In this document: positions 39,952-55,797 of the stretch, in pieces
Layout of the letters: each line of letters begins with the position of its first letter
How positions within the stretch are numbered: position 1 is the stretch's first letter
NCBI GenBank assembly: GCA_964016885.1
Contig: OZ024747.1
Location: 83,018,001 to 83,082,000, forward strand
DNA: 64,000 nt
Direction: 5' to 3'
Origin: Eledone cirrhosa
Lineage: Eukaryota
Made by a program: the position numbers and the translations under genes
The notes under the pieces: generated by a model
Seen by the model: the letters and a program-made list of their open reading frames with translations, nothing else
Database searches by the model: none
What the model was told of the DNA's origin: nothing

Positions 39952-40330
39952 GGGCGGTGGATTGGTAGTATCGGAGGAGGGTCTGACACCATGCTTTGCA
40001 GCATAGAGTTACGGTTCTTTACAGTCTGAGTTCAAATCCCGCCGAGGTTAACTTTGCCTTTCATCCTTACGAGGTCGATAAAATAAAGTACCAGGAACGT
40101 ACTGGGGTCAATTTAATCGACTTTCCCCTCCCCCCAAATTACTGGCCTTGTGCCTATACTAGAAATCATTATTTTTATTTATTTACGGTAGTGAATTGGC
40201 AGCATAGGTAGAGCGTCGGACAAAATGCTTTGCGGTGTTTAATTACGACTTTCTACGTTCTGAGTTCAAATCTCGCAGAGGACAACATTGACTTTCATCC
40301 TTCTGAAGTTGATAAAACACCAGTCGATAT
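39951..40330 (+). mobile_element. Two Meta-like SINEs
   Basis: Full copy at 39951-40172 and diverged copy at 40186-40330. Further copies at 34330-34420, 34519-34700, 38705-38875 and 42612-43070. Confidence 0.8.
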
Positions 40331-40365
40331 ATCGTATTTTCTGGCCTATTGGGTGTGTGTATATG

Positions 40366-40417
<52 letters not shown>

Positions 40418-40422
<5 letters not shown>

Positions 40423-40755
40423 GGTAAACAGAAATAACAACACAATCGGTACAATATATGAAAGGGACATATTAGGTTAACGCTTGATATAGCAGGAAGA
40501 GGGTCTTAACGTTTCGGACGCTAGTCCTTCATCAGAAGAAAGAATGAGAAATAAGAAGAAGGTGGTGTAAGAAGATTGTTGTAGAGGAAAAGTGATAGAG
40601 AGTCGTGGAATATTTAAATGCAAGAAGCAAAGAACATTTCAATGATACAAAAGATTTCCTGGTGGAAGTTCAGGTGTACTCGGGGTTGGTATCCAGTTCC
40701 GGGGTGAAAATCCAATTAGAAAATCCAACGAATTTTGAGAGGTCCACGTAAGCGT

Positions 40756-40757
<2 letters not shown>
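40418..40757 (-). mobile_element. PLE pLTR with minimal HHR (40504-40539)
   Basis: Minus strand: tctt CTGATGA a ggac-tagc-gtcc GAAACGTT aaga. Homologous to 22628-22766. Confidence 0.85.
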
Positions 40758-40823
<66 letters not shown>

Positions 40824-40825
<2 letters not shown>

Positions 40826-41218
40826 GGCAACCTGACAGATACCTCAGGCACTGATGATGATTATCGCTAAATACTGATGTTGGTTAGATTATCAATATTA
40901 GTATTATTGGGGCACCCACTGATGAATTATAGGAGCCCACTTGAATATATATCTATTGATGGTATACAAGCTCCTACATAAATTGGTATAATTTCACCCC
41001 AATTGTAGGAATCCTATAATGAAACGAGACGTCCGTCTGGGAAGAGATATATTCGATATGTTTCATATGAAATAATACAGCCAATTTTCCACGCAATACT
41101 TTTAGTTAGCACCCCGAACGCATAATTAGGAATATAATCACTTATTTCCTAATGTTTGTTGAGTGAGTTGGAATTTGGCCGGAGTATCGCTAAAAAGCTT
41201 TCTCCGATATTGTATTTA
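40824..41218 (+). mobile_element. PLE-type pLTR with HHR carrying a ~95-nt stem II (40915-41041)
   Basis: ccca CTGATGA attatagga[...]tcctataat GAAACG agacgtc CGTC tggg. The tail is homologous to 47575-47735. Confidence 0.8.
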
Positions 41219-41231
41219 TATATATATATGT

Positions 41232-41389
41232 ATGTTGATTTAAAACTGCACTATCCACAAGTGTTTTTTAACTTTCATATCATGTCTTCCTATTTTATCT
41301 GATGAAAACACAAATGTTATTGCATGATGATATTTGTTTTTGAAATGCGCATAATAAAATACATGGAACTCTTTTAACCATCTTTTGAT

Positions 41390-41393
<4 letters not shown>
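41232..41393 (+). mobile_element. PLE pLTR with HHR (41292-41360)
   Basis: attttat CTGATGA [stem II] GAAA tgcgca TA ataaaat, with a perfect 7-bp stem I and palindromic stem III. Reverse copy at 55119-55280; 3' half repeated at 41583-41633. Confidence 0.85.
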
Positions 41394-41486
<93 letters not shown>

Positions 41487-41489
41487 ACG

Positions 41490-41538
<49 letters not shown>

Positions 41539-41631
41539 TTTTAAATCTCTTATTTAATCTATATATATATATATATATATATAAATGCGCATAATAAAAT
41601 ATATTGAACTCCTTTAACCATCTTTTGATCT

Positions 41632-41662
<31 letters not shown>

Positions 41663-44325
41663 CGCGTGTGTGTCTGTGTGAGTATGTGTGAGTATGTGTG
41701 CGTATGTGTGTGAGAGTGTGTGTGCGTATGGCTGCGTGTGTGTGCGTATGGCTGCGTGTATGTGTGTGAATTTGTGTGTGCATGTGAGCGTTCGGGTTGA
41801 ATGTGTATGCATGTATATGCGTGCATGTGTATGCATGTGTGTGTTTCTCTCACTGGTTGTCTGTCTGTCTGTCTGACGTCTACCATGCATAACAGTTGGT
41901 CACGTTTCTTTATACCTGTAACTTAGCACTTCGTGAAATACGGATCAAATAAGAGATTTAAAAATATGCACTGGGTTCGATATCACTGACTAAACTTTGC
42001 AGGCAGTGCCCCAGCTTGGCCGCAGTACAATGACTGAAACCAGTCAGTGAATACAAGAATATTCACACGTACTTGATCGTGTGTACGTGTGTGTGTGTGC
42101 ATGTGCACGCGTATGCGTGTGTGTGTGCATGACTGTAAAATGGTGAGCCGAATTGCGTCCCTTTACGTAAAAAACGGAGATTGAAAAATAAATAACAAAC
42201 TGGTGCAGATAATGGGCTGGGCAGAACCGGTGCTACCCTTAAAGCCAACTAGGCAGCTGCCAAGAGACGCAACCCTCAGACTAAGGGACGCAGACCTCAG
42301 ACCAAGGGACGCAGACCTAATTTTCTGCAATCAATAAATTGATCGATAAACATATTTGCCGTGTAGCAACGTTGTGAAAGTATTCAAAGTGGTGGAGAGG
42401 GTCGTATTGTGTTATGACCTCATATAGGATTTGGCATGGGTGATTGTGGACTGTGTAATAGAAAATTCAGGCTTGATAATTTTATTAGAGTGGTCAGAGG
42501 AAGAAGTGTCAAAACAGCTTACCAAACTGTACGTTGAACACGTTTATTTGTGAGATGGGGGCGCACAGGGTAGGAGAAAGAAATAATAGACATCTAAAGT
42601 GATGATAATATTGGTAAGGCCAGCAATTTGGGGAGAGAGGAAGTCGATTGAATCGACTATAGTGCATGACTGATATTATATTTTATCGACCTCCATAAGG
42701 ATGAATGGCAAAGCTAACTTAGACGAGATTTGAACTTAGAACGTAAAGGGTCGTAACTCTATACCACGAAGCGGGGTATTCGACGCTCTACCGATACTGC
42801 CAATCCACTGATAATATTGAAGCGAAATACAACTACTGTGGCGGATATCCTTTGCGATGAAATGACAATACTACACATAGGAGATAAAGGTAGTAAACCA
42901 GCAATTTGGCGGATGGGAAGAGTAGATTATATTGACCCCAGTACTTAACTGGTACTTTATTTTTTTCGACCCTACAAGAATGAAAAGCAAAGTTGAACTT
43001 GACGGAGTTTGAACTTAGAACGTAAAGAGTCATAACCAAATACCATAAAACATTTTGCCTGACATTCTGTCGACATTGTCAATCCTAAGGGAAATAACTC
43101 TTACTAAAAATATCGCGCTACACCAGTCACTTCGCAGTTATTTCCACTTTACAAATTTTTCTTTTTTCTTTTTCTTTGCTTCTTTTGCCTCTTTTTCCTT
43201 CTCTTTCTTTCCTCTCTCTTTCTCTCTCGCTCTCTCTCTCTCGTGATTGGGGGGGGGGGGTTAATTATAAGAGGTTATCTCTCCGTTTTAACTGATTAAA
43301 TAAATAAATAGTATAAAAATATATTTGTCGTTTCAGTTTTTTTTCCGCATTTTTTTTTTTTTTTATATTGTAACATGTCTGTGTTTAAGTTTCTTTTACT
43401 TTTATGTATTCTTTAGTTTTTTGTTTTAACCATCAGAGTTGAAGAAATAAATGTTTAACTGGATGAAGTTGGCCACCCGCAGAAGTGAGCCCCGCGAGTT
43501 GGAATCGCTATTTCAACGCGTCTCTCTCGCTATTCTCTCACATAATGCTTTCTCCACACTGCCCAGACAATTATCATTGGGTAAGCGATTGTATAAGTTG
43601 CTGATAGCTACAACATGATTTGGCAATAATTATTGTTAACATTGGCGCAAAGCCTATCGGGTGCAAGTCTGAGATCACCTTCTGTAGAGTTAAGTAACAC
43701 CATGTCGTCTGCAAATTCCAGTCGACTGATTTTTCAACCGTCAGTCATGACACAACTTCCAACCCGGCCTGTTCATGAAATAACTGACATCCAGTGACGG
43801 GCCTACCGCATGCTGCTTCCACCCTCCCACTATGCCCAGTTCTGCTTCCCCAAAACGTCAGCTCCCAACATGTTTTTCTCTTGCAGCCATCGACTTGCAA
43901 CTGTTTGAACTAAGCATTGACTTCGTCGATCTCAGTAGTGTTTGAGGATCTACGAAACCATAGCTGACATCCCCTTTCTTGAAACTAATCTAATTAAGAT
44001 AACAAAATGACGACCATTATCCCAATAACTAACTAAGCCACAACTTCTATAACTTCCAACACTACTACAATTATTACCAACAACTCACCACTATAACTTA
44101 CGCCATGTTGTTGAAGCTATTATAGTTGTCGTTCTCGTCGCCGTTGTTGTTGTTGTTGTTGTTGTTGTTGTTCTCGTCGTTGTTGTCATTGCAGTAGCAT
44201 TTATATAGGTTTAGCTGTCTTCCTTCGAGGTTGCATCTCATAATTTATTATAATGGAGTCCTCAGTCCTTTGCAGGGATTAATCCTTGCTGCTGTTGGTA
44301 CTCATCTTTTTTTCTTTTTTCATTG

Positions 44326-44396
<71 letters not shown>

Positions 44397-44429
44397 TCGC
44401 TCTCTCTCTATATCTATCTATCTATCTAT

Positions 44430-44750
44430 ATCTTGCTTCAACTCTGCAACCCTTGTCACATCGACGCGACGTCGCCAGTCTTAGTCTTTTCTATCGTTAT
44501 TACTACAGGAAGTATTCAGATGAACTTTTTCTTTTGGTTCCAGATCACTTTATGTCATCTCGCCTAATTCAAAACTCAGCGTCTTCATCTGGATGTCTGT
44601 TGTGGTTCCACGAATAAAGAAGCTTTTCTCCGGTCCTATCTTTCCTTCTCGAACTATCAGTCTTTGGAACTCTCTTCCATCTCATTGTTTTCTCCTTCAT
44701 AAGACCTGAACTCTTTCAAGTCTGAAGTAAATTCATTCCTTTCGTCTTAA
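44430..44750 (+). mobile_element. CR1/Jockey-group LINE 3' end
   Basis: LQPLSHRRDVASLSLFYRYY..SDEL..LVP and RTISLWNSLP..DLNSFKSEVN. Confidence 0.75.
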
Positions 44751-46696
44751 TTTCTCCTTCACGCCTTGTTTGGGACTTTAAAAACAAAAGGTTGTGTGGG
44801 CTGAAGCAATGCAAAATGAAGTGTCTTGCTCAATGACACAACGCACCACTCGGACCAAGAATTGAACCCACAACCTTATAATTGTGTGTCTAACACATTA
44901 ACCATTACAACCAACAGACACCTATGATTATATTCGATACGATAACCTTGATTACAAACATCTCAATTAGTTGATGGTAAGAAGCAAATGACAGGAAGTA
45001 AATAGAACCCCATTGAGCGAAGAAATACCATTTAAACAACGCAAACATTTCCATTGCTCCATCTTGTCTACAGGAAATTAAGTGAGGCATTCTGCCATTA
45101 ACAGTAAGAGAATATGGTTTATTGTGTAACTAGTGACTGGTGATACTGGCTGAACAATAATGTACATAATTTGTAAGTTACGTTATTTAAACTTTTTATA
45201 TCGTCACGAGCGACATACAATTAGAACTCTTTAGTCATGTGGAAAAAATGTTGATTTCAGCCAAGACTGTGTGTATGTATACTTATAAATGTAAATAGTG
45301 AATGAGCGTGACTTAGTAGCTATGGTGTTCGGATTACGATCGTAAGGCAGTGAGTTCGATTCCCGGTGGCGTACTCTGCCTTTGAGCAAGATACTTTATT
45401 TCCCGTTATTAGTTGTACTAGTAATTCTAAAGACCAGCCTTGTCACACAGGCTCAATCTCCCAAGAAAATGAGTTATGGGTACACGTGTCTATGGAGTCC
45501 TCAACCATTTGAACGTTAATTTCATAAGCAAGCTGTTTCGTTGAACGAACAACTGAAACATTCATTGTTGAAGCTGACCGAAGTCCGATGCAAGTACATA
45601 TATATGTTGAAGAATATCGTATCTACACACACATACAGACACACATATACATACTTACATATATACATACATACATATATACATACGTACATATATACGT
45701 ACTTACTTGTGTGTCTTGAACTTCCGTTGATATCGATTACGAGTTTTCCGGTTGATTCGATCCTTGCTTATAAAATTAACGTGCAGATTCCACAAACACA
45801 TGTACCCTCAACATAATTCAGGGAGATTCAGCATGACAAAACTGGCCTTTTGAATTACATGTACATTTTCTAGCTGAGTAGACTGAAGTAACATAAAATA
45901 AAGTATATTGCTCAAGGATACAGTGCACTACCTAGAAGCGAACTTACGCTCTATGGCCGTGAGCAGAATACCCGAACCACTAAGCCGCACACCTTCACAC
46001 ACACACACATATGCTTTTATCAAGAGATACGTGTAATTTTTCTGTCCGTTCTTGGTTGGGTAGATTGGTGTTACAAATGCAATCCCACCTTATTGCACGA
46101 AACTGCACGCCAGAATGTGGCTGAAGAGGTAGAGATGCAGTTGTATGTTCGTCTTATGTAACTGTTTTCTGTGTGCATTTTTCTGCTGATACTATACAAA
46201 GAGAGAGGGGGGGGACATACAGGTATATATAAAAATATATACACACGCATCAATCCACATACAAACGCATAGGAGTGAATGAAGACGTTGTGTCAGGGGG
46301 AGAGAAGGGGTGGGAAATAAAGAGAGACAGGAAGAGAAAGGTGAATTGAAAGCAGAGAGAAATATTTATCAGACTGAACTAGAGAGAAAAACACAAATGA
46401 GAATGTTTTGTTTTAGTACAATGGCACTTCGTCTTTCTTCCATTCCGACTCTATTAGAACTTTCAATGATACCACGTGTTACACCTGGAGGAGCTCAGAC
46501 TCAGAATAATTTTAGATTTCTTTGATTTTTATCCGCCTTGATAAGTTCTATTTGGATATTGTTGCACCACGATTATACCGTTTATGAGTTTGCTCTGATA
46601 CAAATTTGTTCACGCCTGTTATCATCGAACAGTTTTGTGGACAAGGTCGAATTCATTGAGAAGAATTCTATACATCTAACAATGTATCGATCTAAA

Positions 46697-47553
<857 letters not shown>

Positions 47554-47733
47554 TATATATATATATTTATTTATCTCATATAAAATAATACAGCCAATTA
47601 TCCACACAACACAATATAGTTAGCACCCCAAACGTTTAATTGGGAATATACTCCGGTATTTCCTAATGTTTGATGAGTGAGTTAGAAATTGGTCGGAGTA
47701 TCGCTAATAGCTTTCTCCGTTTATGTAATTATG

Positions 47734-47877
<144 letters not shown>

Positions 47878-47878
47878 G

Positions 47879-47912
<34 letters not shown>

Positions 47913-47914
<2 letters not shown>

Positions 47915-48470
47915 GCAAAAGGAAACATACCTCATCAGTTGAATTTTCCTTGGATAATTCACCTGATAAGGTATGTTTCTTGGCTATGTCAAAATTTATA
48001 AAACCCACTTTGTATTTTATCTGATGAAAGCGTATCAAAGTTTTTGGTACCCTTGAAATATATATAATAGAATAAATATGGTTTTATAAATATAGTTTCA
48101 ATTTATTTAATATCATTGAATAGTTACTCCAGAAAACTGTCGAGTGCTCTGAATCAGTTATAAACATTTATATTTGTTGAATTTCCAACAAATTAAATAT
48201 CCCTTCTACTTATAAGCAAAAGGGATATTTAATTCATATTCATCTTAATAATTTGAAATATTTGACTTTTCTTCTCTTTCCCTTCTTTCCTTTTACTATC
48301 CAGGAAAAAGTTGAACCGTTAAAATCTTCTTCCTGGATATGTCAATATTTATAAAACAAACTTTGTATTTTATCTGATGAGAGCGTACTAAAGTTTTGGT
48401 ACCCTTGAAATATATATAATAGAATAAATATGATTTTATAAAGATAGTTTCAATTTATTTAATATCATTT
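47913..48470 (+). mobile_element. Two tandem pLTR copies with HHRs (48014-48073, 48367-48425)
   Basis: attttat CTGATGA (a/g)ag..ctt GAAA tatata TA atagaat occurs twice. The first copy has the 3' tail and the second lacks it. Confidence 0.75.
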
Positions 48471-48650
48471 ATATATATATAAATGGAAGTATAGAAATTA
48501 TTGTGAGCATGAAGCCAACAGTATTCCATAATATATAAGTGACTATAACGTCAAAATGGAAAAATAATTAACGTAAGATGTGGGAATATATATATATATA
48601 TATATTAAAATACAAATATTAATAAAATAGATGTTCTTTTGATCAATTAC

Positions 48651-48703
48651 ATTTTATTATACATATTTCGGATGTACAACAGTACGTCCTCATCAGACAA
48701 AAT
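48651..48703 (-). ncRNA. Type I hammerhead ribozyme in a PLE-type repeat
   Basis: Minus strand: attttgt CTGATGA ggacgtac-tgtt-gtacatcc GAAA tatgta TA ataaaat. Confidence 0.8.
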
Positions 48704-49363
48704 ATAATGATACATGACATACCCTGAGATGTTAAATGGTTAAGATTTAATCAAGGTAGTGATTAACCCAAGAAAAATTTAACATTTATACCCTAATAAT
48801 GAGAAAATGCGAAAACGTAATAAATTCAATAGAGAAAGTGCGAGTAAGAAAAACGTTGCTTAATGTAACAGTTATATAGATATTAAGGTGTATGATACTA
48901 CAATTTATGAATAAAGGGGGGTAATATGCTGAAGGAGATTTATTTTTGCCGAAAGTTAAATGGTTAATTTTGAAAATATTTAATTTATGTATTATAGGAT
49001 GAAGATTCAAGATTTTGGTGTGTTTTTTTTATTTAAAAAAAAAAAAAAAATATTGCTGGTTATTTATGTATTAATTTTATAAATTCTCTCTCTATATATA
49101 TACGCACACATACGGGGGGGGGTTTAGAAAATAGATTATATCAAAATAATGTTGCAAATGTCCATTTGTAATAAAGCACGTTTATTATAACGTAATACAT
49201 AATATTCTTCACGTCTAACCCTTCTGGAGACGTTTAATTGAATGCAGCTTCTATCCTTTCAAATGTGTATTGTGTGTGTCCACAGACACACACACACACA
49301 CACTACCGATTATGTTTTTATTTCTGTTTACCTTTTACACACACACACATATATATATATATG

Positions 49364-50042
49364 TGTAACCCATTTGCAACTCCGCAGCACGTTTATTCTC
49401 ATATTTACACATATTTTTTCCCCGGCTATGACCCGCCTATTTCGTTCTTACTGCTTCCTCTTTCTCTGTATCTTTACCCTCTCTAACAGTCACTCTCTCT
49501 GTTAGCCTCTTCCTCACCCTTCACTCACTCACTCTCTGTTACTACCTCTCCTCTTCCTCCTTCTTCCCGTTTGACCTGTGCGTAATTCTTTTCTTTCGCA
49601 CGCTTGGCCAGGCCGGTTCGCCTTTTTTCTCTCTCTCGTCTCCGATTTCACAGAACTTATGTTCACCGAATTCACGGACTAGACCCCTTCTTCCTCCCGT
49701 TAGACCTGTGCAAAATTCCTTCCTTGCTCATATTTCAACCAGGTTTAATGGTCTTTATTCTCTCTCGTTCACGATTTCACCGAACTTATATTCATGGAAA
49801 TTTGGGACTTGACTCGTTCTTCCTCACTTTCGTTGCTTCACCATTTTTGTTTGTTTACACTCTCGCTATTCCCTTTATTTACGTGTCCCAATGACTTTCT
49901 TCAGCCGTTGCTCGCACCAACCGGAGGTATATCGTCTTTAAAGCGAAGAAATACCGATGATGGTTGGAAGATCACTGATGAAAGACCACTTTATTCATAT
50001 GTAACCCATTTGCACCTCCGCAGCACGTTTATTCTCATATTT

Positions 50043-50047
<5 letters not shown>
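49364..50047 (+). mobile_element. Non-coding element with 48-bp direct terminal repeats and an HHR-like motif (retrozyme-like)
   Basis: Direct repeats at 49364-49411 and 50000-50047. aata CCGATGA tggt-tggaag-atca ctgat GAAAG acca CTT tatt at 49950-49995. Internal ~135-bp duplication; (TA)n on both sides. Confidence 0.65.
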
Positions 50048-50118
<71 letters not shown>

Positions 50119-50119
50119 T

Positions 50120-50683
50120 TATTTATTAAAATAACAGATTAAAGTTTAAGCAAAGAATCGCTGCTTTCACCCTTAACGGGATCTTCTGAAACTAACAAAG
50201 TCAATCTGTAAACGCAGAACTGGATATTTCAAAAAACGTTGCAACCGGAGGAAGACAGGAAGACGATACTTTGGTTCGTGGAAACGTTCGCTGGCAAAGA
50301 ACGGGAAAAAACGAATAATACGTCATTAATAGGAGCGGTGAAAAACAATTACGCGCAAAGACAGAACCACGTTTATGGTATAAAAGAGGTCGTGGACTAA
50401 TGTTCTCTTAGGTGGTACATAGAGACGTTCTCTGGCAATGAACGAAAAAACGAAGATAATAAGTCATATGTGGAGCGTGGAGAACAATAGCACGCAAAGA
50501 CAAAACCACGTAAATGGTATAGCAGAAGTCGTAGACTAAAATTCTAACTAGGAGACCAAATGAATCTCACAGAAGTAATAGAAATAAATAAATACATACC
50601 CGCAAACAAATACGTACATACACAAGCTTACGCAAAACCTTATCGAGCCCTCTTTGGATTTTAGTCTTCAATTTTATTATTAT

Positions 50684-50688
<5 letters not shown>
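50120..50688. mobile_element. PLE pLTR (family of 335-452): minus-strand body with degenerate HHR plus plus-strand tail
   Basis: atttattaaaataacaga is the reverse complement of 335-352. Minus strand reads CAGAAGA t-ccc-gttaa-ggg-t GAAAGC at ~50163-50189. Tail at 50638-50688. Confidence 0.6.
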
Positions 50689-50736
<48 letters not shown>

Positions 50737-50990
50737 GCTTTGTTGGTTCACCACTGGATAGAATTGGTCATTCCGTGTGGTCAATCTCGATGTATTATTA
50801 TGGAGAGTACTCAACGTAATGCAGCTCACTCGTCTTCGTTTGTGTAGTTGGTGGTGCGAGTACGGAGTTAAATATTATAATAATATATATATATACTGTA
50901 CAGCATATATGTATATATATATATTCTGTATATATATACTGTAGAGCATATATGTGGATATATATATATATATATATATACTGTAGAGCA

Positions 50991-51032
<42 letters not shown>

Positions 51033-51112
51033 AGTATATATGTGTATATATATATATATATATATGTGTATATATATATATATATATGTATGTATATATA
51101 TATATATATATG

Positions 51113-52320
<1,208 letters not shown>

Positions 52321-52761
52321 GCAAAAGTTTTATTTAAGATTGTTGGGTTACAACGAGTAAATATTTTATAACTGATATAAAAGCACTCAACAGTTTCTGG
52401 GGTAGGTTTACGATATTAAACAAATGGAAACTATATTTATAAAACCATATTTATTTCGTTATATATATTTCTGGGATATCATATTAAAAATATGGTATGC
52501 CTTCTTCAGACAAAATACAATACATAAGCTGTTTTATAAATAATTAGTGACATACCTTGTAATAATGCAACTTCTACCAAATCAACTTTTTAAATGGAAG
52601 TTGCATTATTTCAAGGTATGTCACTAATTATTTATAAAACAGCTTATGTATTGTATTTTGTCTGAGGAAGGCATACCATATTTTTAATATGATATCCCAG
52701 AAATATATATAACGAAATAAATATGGTTTTATAAATATAGTTTCCATTTGTTTAATATCGT
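52321..52761 (-). mobile_element. Fold-back pLTR with two HHRs
   Basis: Arms 52411-52580 and 52600-52761. Cores CTGAAGA (-) and CTGAGGA (+) differ only at the tolerant N7 position. Tail at 52321-52410. Confidence 0.85.
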
Positions 52762-52768
52762 ATATATG

Positions 52769-52901
<133 letters not shown>

Positions 52902-52925
52902 GTGTATATATATGTATATATACAC

Positions 52926-52996
<71 letters not shown>

Positions 52997-53030
52997 TATG
53001 TGTGTATATATATATATGTGTGTATATATA

Positions 53031-53087
<57 letters not shown>

Positions 53088-53092
53088 ATATG

Positions 53093-53123
<31 letters not shown>

Positions 53124-53132
53124 GTATATATA

Positions 53133-53165
<33 letters not shown>

Positions 53166-53174
53166 GTGTATATG

Positions 53175-53205
<31 letters not shown>

Positions 53206-53214
53206 GTATATATA

Positions 53215-53246
<32 letters not shown>

Positions 53247-53645
53247 CGAAACGGCTTGAGCTCAGCCGTCGGGGTCTTACTGGTTCCTATTACCCACTCT
53301 ACTATCCTATGTATTGAGTACTTTGGTGCGTTATGGTCCACCTGGTTCCTTACCACATTTCCTTCGTTATATATGTATGTATATATATATATATGTATAT
53401 ATGTATATAACATAATCTATAAAGCTCAGTGAGTGCTGGGTCCTTTTTTGCCGTGGCACCTCCACGACCACTTTGCAGTGGAATGATAGGGGTCCCTATC
53501 ATCTCATTTCTACAGATAAGTAAACTGGAGCAATGTGAAATAAAGTGTCTTGCTCAAGGAAACAACACATCACCCGGTCTGAGAATTGAACTCACAACCT
53601 TTCGATTGCAAGGCCAATGCTCTAACCACTAAGCTATGTGCCTCC

Positions 53646-53739
<94 letters not shown>

Positions 53740-53740
53740 G

Positions 53741-53771
<31 letters not shown>

Positions 53772-53852
53772 GTATATATATGTATATATGTATATATATA
53801 TGTATATATATATATGTATATATATATATATGTATATATGTATATATATATG

Positions 53853-54113
<261 letters not shown>

Positions 54114-54116
54114 GTA

Positions 54117-54174
<58 letters not shown>

Positions 54175-54175
54175 T

Positions 54176-54662
54176 CTAAGGCGGGTAAAATTCCCGAGAT
54201 CCATGGACGAGTTCTCTCCAGCGGTCTCTGTCCCTCATTATCGCTGCCATGTCCTGCGTCTCCAATAGACCAGTGTCTGTCCTTAGGGCATCAACATACG
54301 TTAACCTTGGTCTTCCTCTTCTAGTGTGTCCATGTAGGGGCTCCCAAAGGAGCACTGAGTGCAATGTCAACTCTGGATGTCGGTGAGCATGTCCAGCTAA
54401 CCTCAGTCTCCTCTGTGTCACTTTTGAGCTGACTTTTGGGATGCTCCCATACAGCTCTGAGTTTTTCAGCCTCAGTGTTTACTGATTAATGTTCAGAGCC
54501 ATCCTCGGCATTCTCGTGTAGCACCCATCCACCATCTGAGTGAGTTTCTTGGTCAGTGTCCAAGTCTCAGACCCATACAGCAGCACAGACTCCACTACAG
54601 CAATGAAGAGGTGGATTTTCAGGTCTCTACGAAGGTCCAACTTCCACACCGATCTCAAGCTG
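54176..54662 (-). mobile_element. 5'-truncated RTE-clade LINE (C-terminal part, one in-frame stop) inside (TA)n
   Basis: [41 protein letters not shown] and RRLRLAGHAHRH..LLWEPLHG..RRGRP..DRDRWR. Confidence 0.9.
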
Positions 54663-54670
54663 TATATATG

Positions 54671-54705
<35 letters not shown>

Positions 54706-54729
54706 GTATATACATATATATATATACAC

Positions 54730-54825
<96 letters not shown>

Positions 54826-54830
54826 GTACA

Positions 54831-54863
<33 letters not shown>

Positions 54864-54959
54864 GTACATATATATATATATATATACATATATATATACA
54901 TATATATATATATACATATATATATATATGTACATATATACATATATATATATATGTAC

Positions 54960-55110
<151 letters not shown>

Positions 55111-55118
55111 CATATATA

Positions 55119-55280
55119 TAAGATCAAAAGATGGTTAAATGAGTTCCATGTATTTTATTATGCGCATTTCAAAAACAAATATTATCATGCAATAAAATGT
55201 GTTTTCATCAGATAAAATAGGAAGACATGATATGAAGGTTAAAAACACTTGTGGATAGTGCAGTTTTAAATCAACATATG
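55119..55280 (-). mobile_element. PLE pLTR with HHR (55152-55218)
   Basis: Reverse copy of 41232-41393. Confidence 0.85.
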
Positions 55281-55344
55281 AAAAGTAGTTTTAGATTGAT
55301 AATTGATATTGGGGAAAAAAACTTTTAGAGGGGGGGGGGGGGGA

Positions 55345-55776
55345 TAACACCAACTTTTACGCTAAACTCTTCACTATATTCGTTGTTAATTCTAACCTTG
55401 CTGACTGTTTCTTTATACATGGCTTGTATAGCTCTCACAAGCCATTCATCAATACCTAGTTTTCTAAGGGCCCACCAGATAATCGAGCGGGGTACTCTGT
55501 CAAAGGCTTTCTCCAAGTCAACAAAAGCTAAGTATAGGGGTTTACTTTTAGCTAGGTACTTCTCCTGTAGTTGTCGTACAATGAAAAGAGCATCTGTTGT
55601 ACTTTTACCTGAGACAAACCCGAACTGCATTTCATCTAGATCAATTCTCTCTCTGATTAGTTGCGCTACTACTTTTTCTGTGACCTTCATGACCTGGTCA
55701 ATTAATTTAATGCCTCTATAGTTACCCCTATTGTAGCAGTTAATGATGATTCTGCTGCGCCAGTCCTTCGGAACGA
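55345..55776 (-). mobile_element. RTE-clade reverse transcriptase fragment (domains 0-3)
   Basis: NYRGIKL..MQFGFVSGKSTTDALFIVRQLQEKY..LAFVDLEKAFDRVPR..MYK..VKVGV. Confidence 0.92.
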
Positions 55777-55797
55777 TATATATATATATATATATAT

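Noticed and set aside
42220-42320. hAT/MITE terminal fragment (also 29640-29707 and 59475-59610)
   Set aside because: Only a vague resemblance to CAGGGCC/CAGTG-type ends; no matching second TIR or target-site duplication was found.
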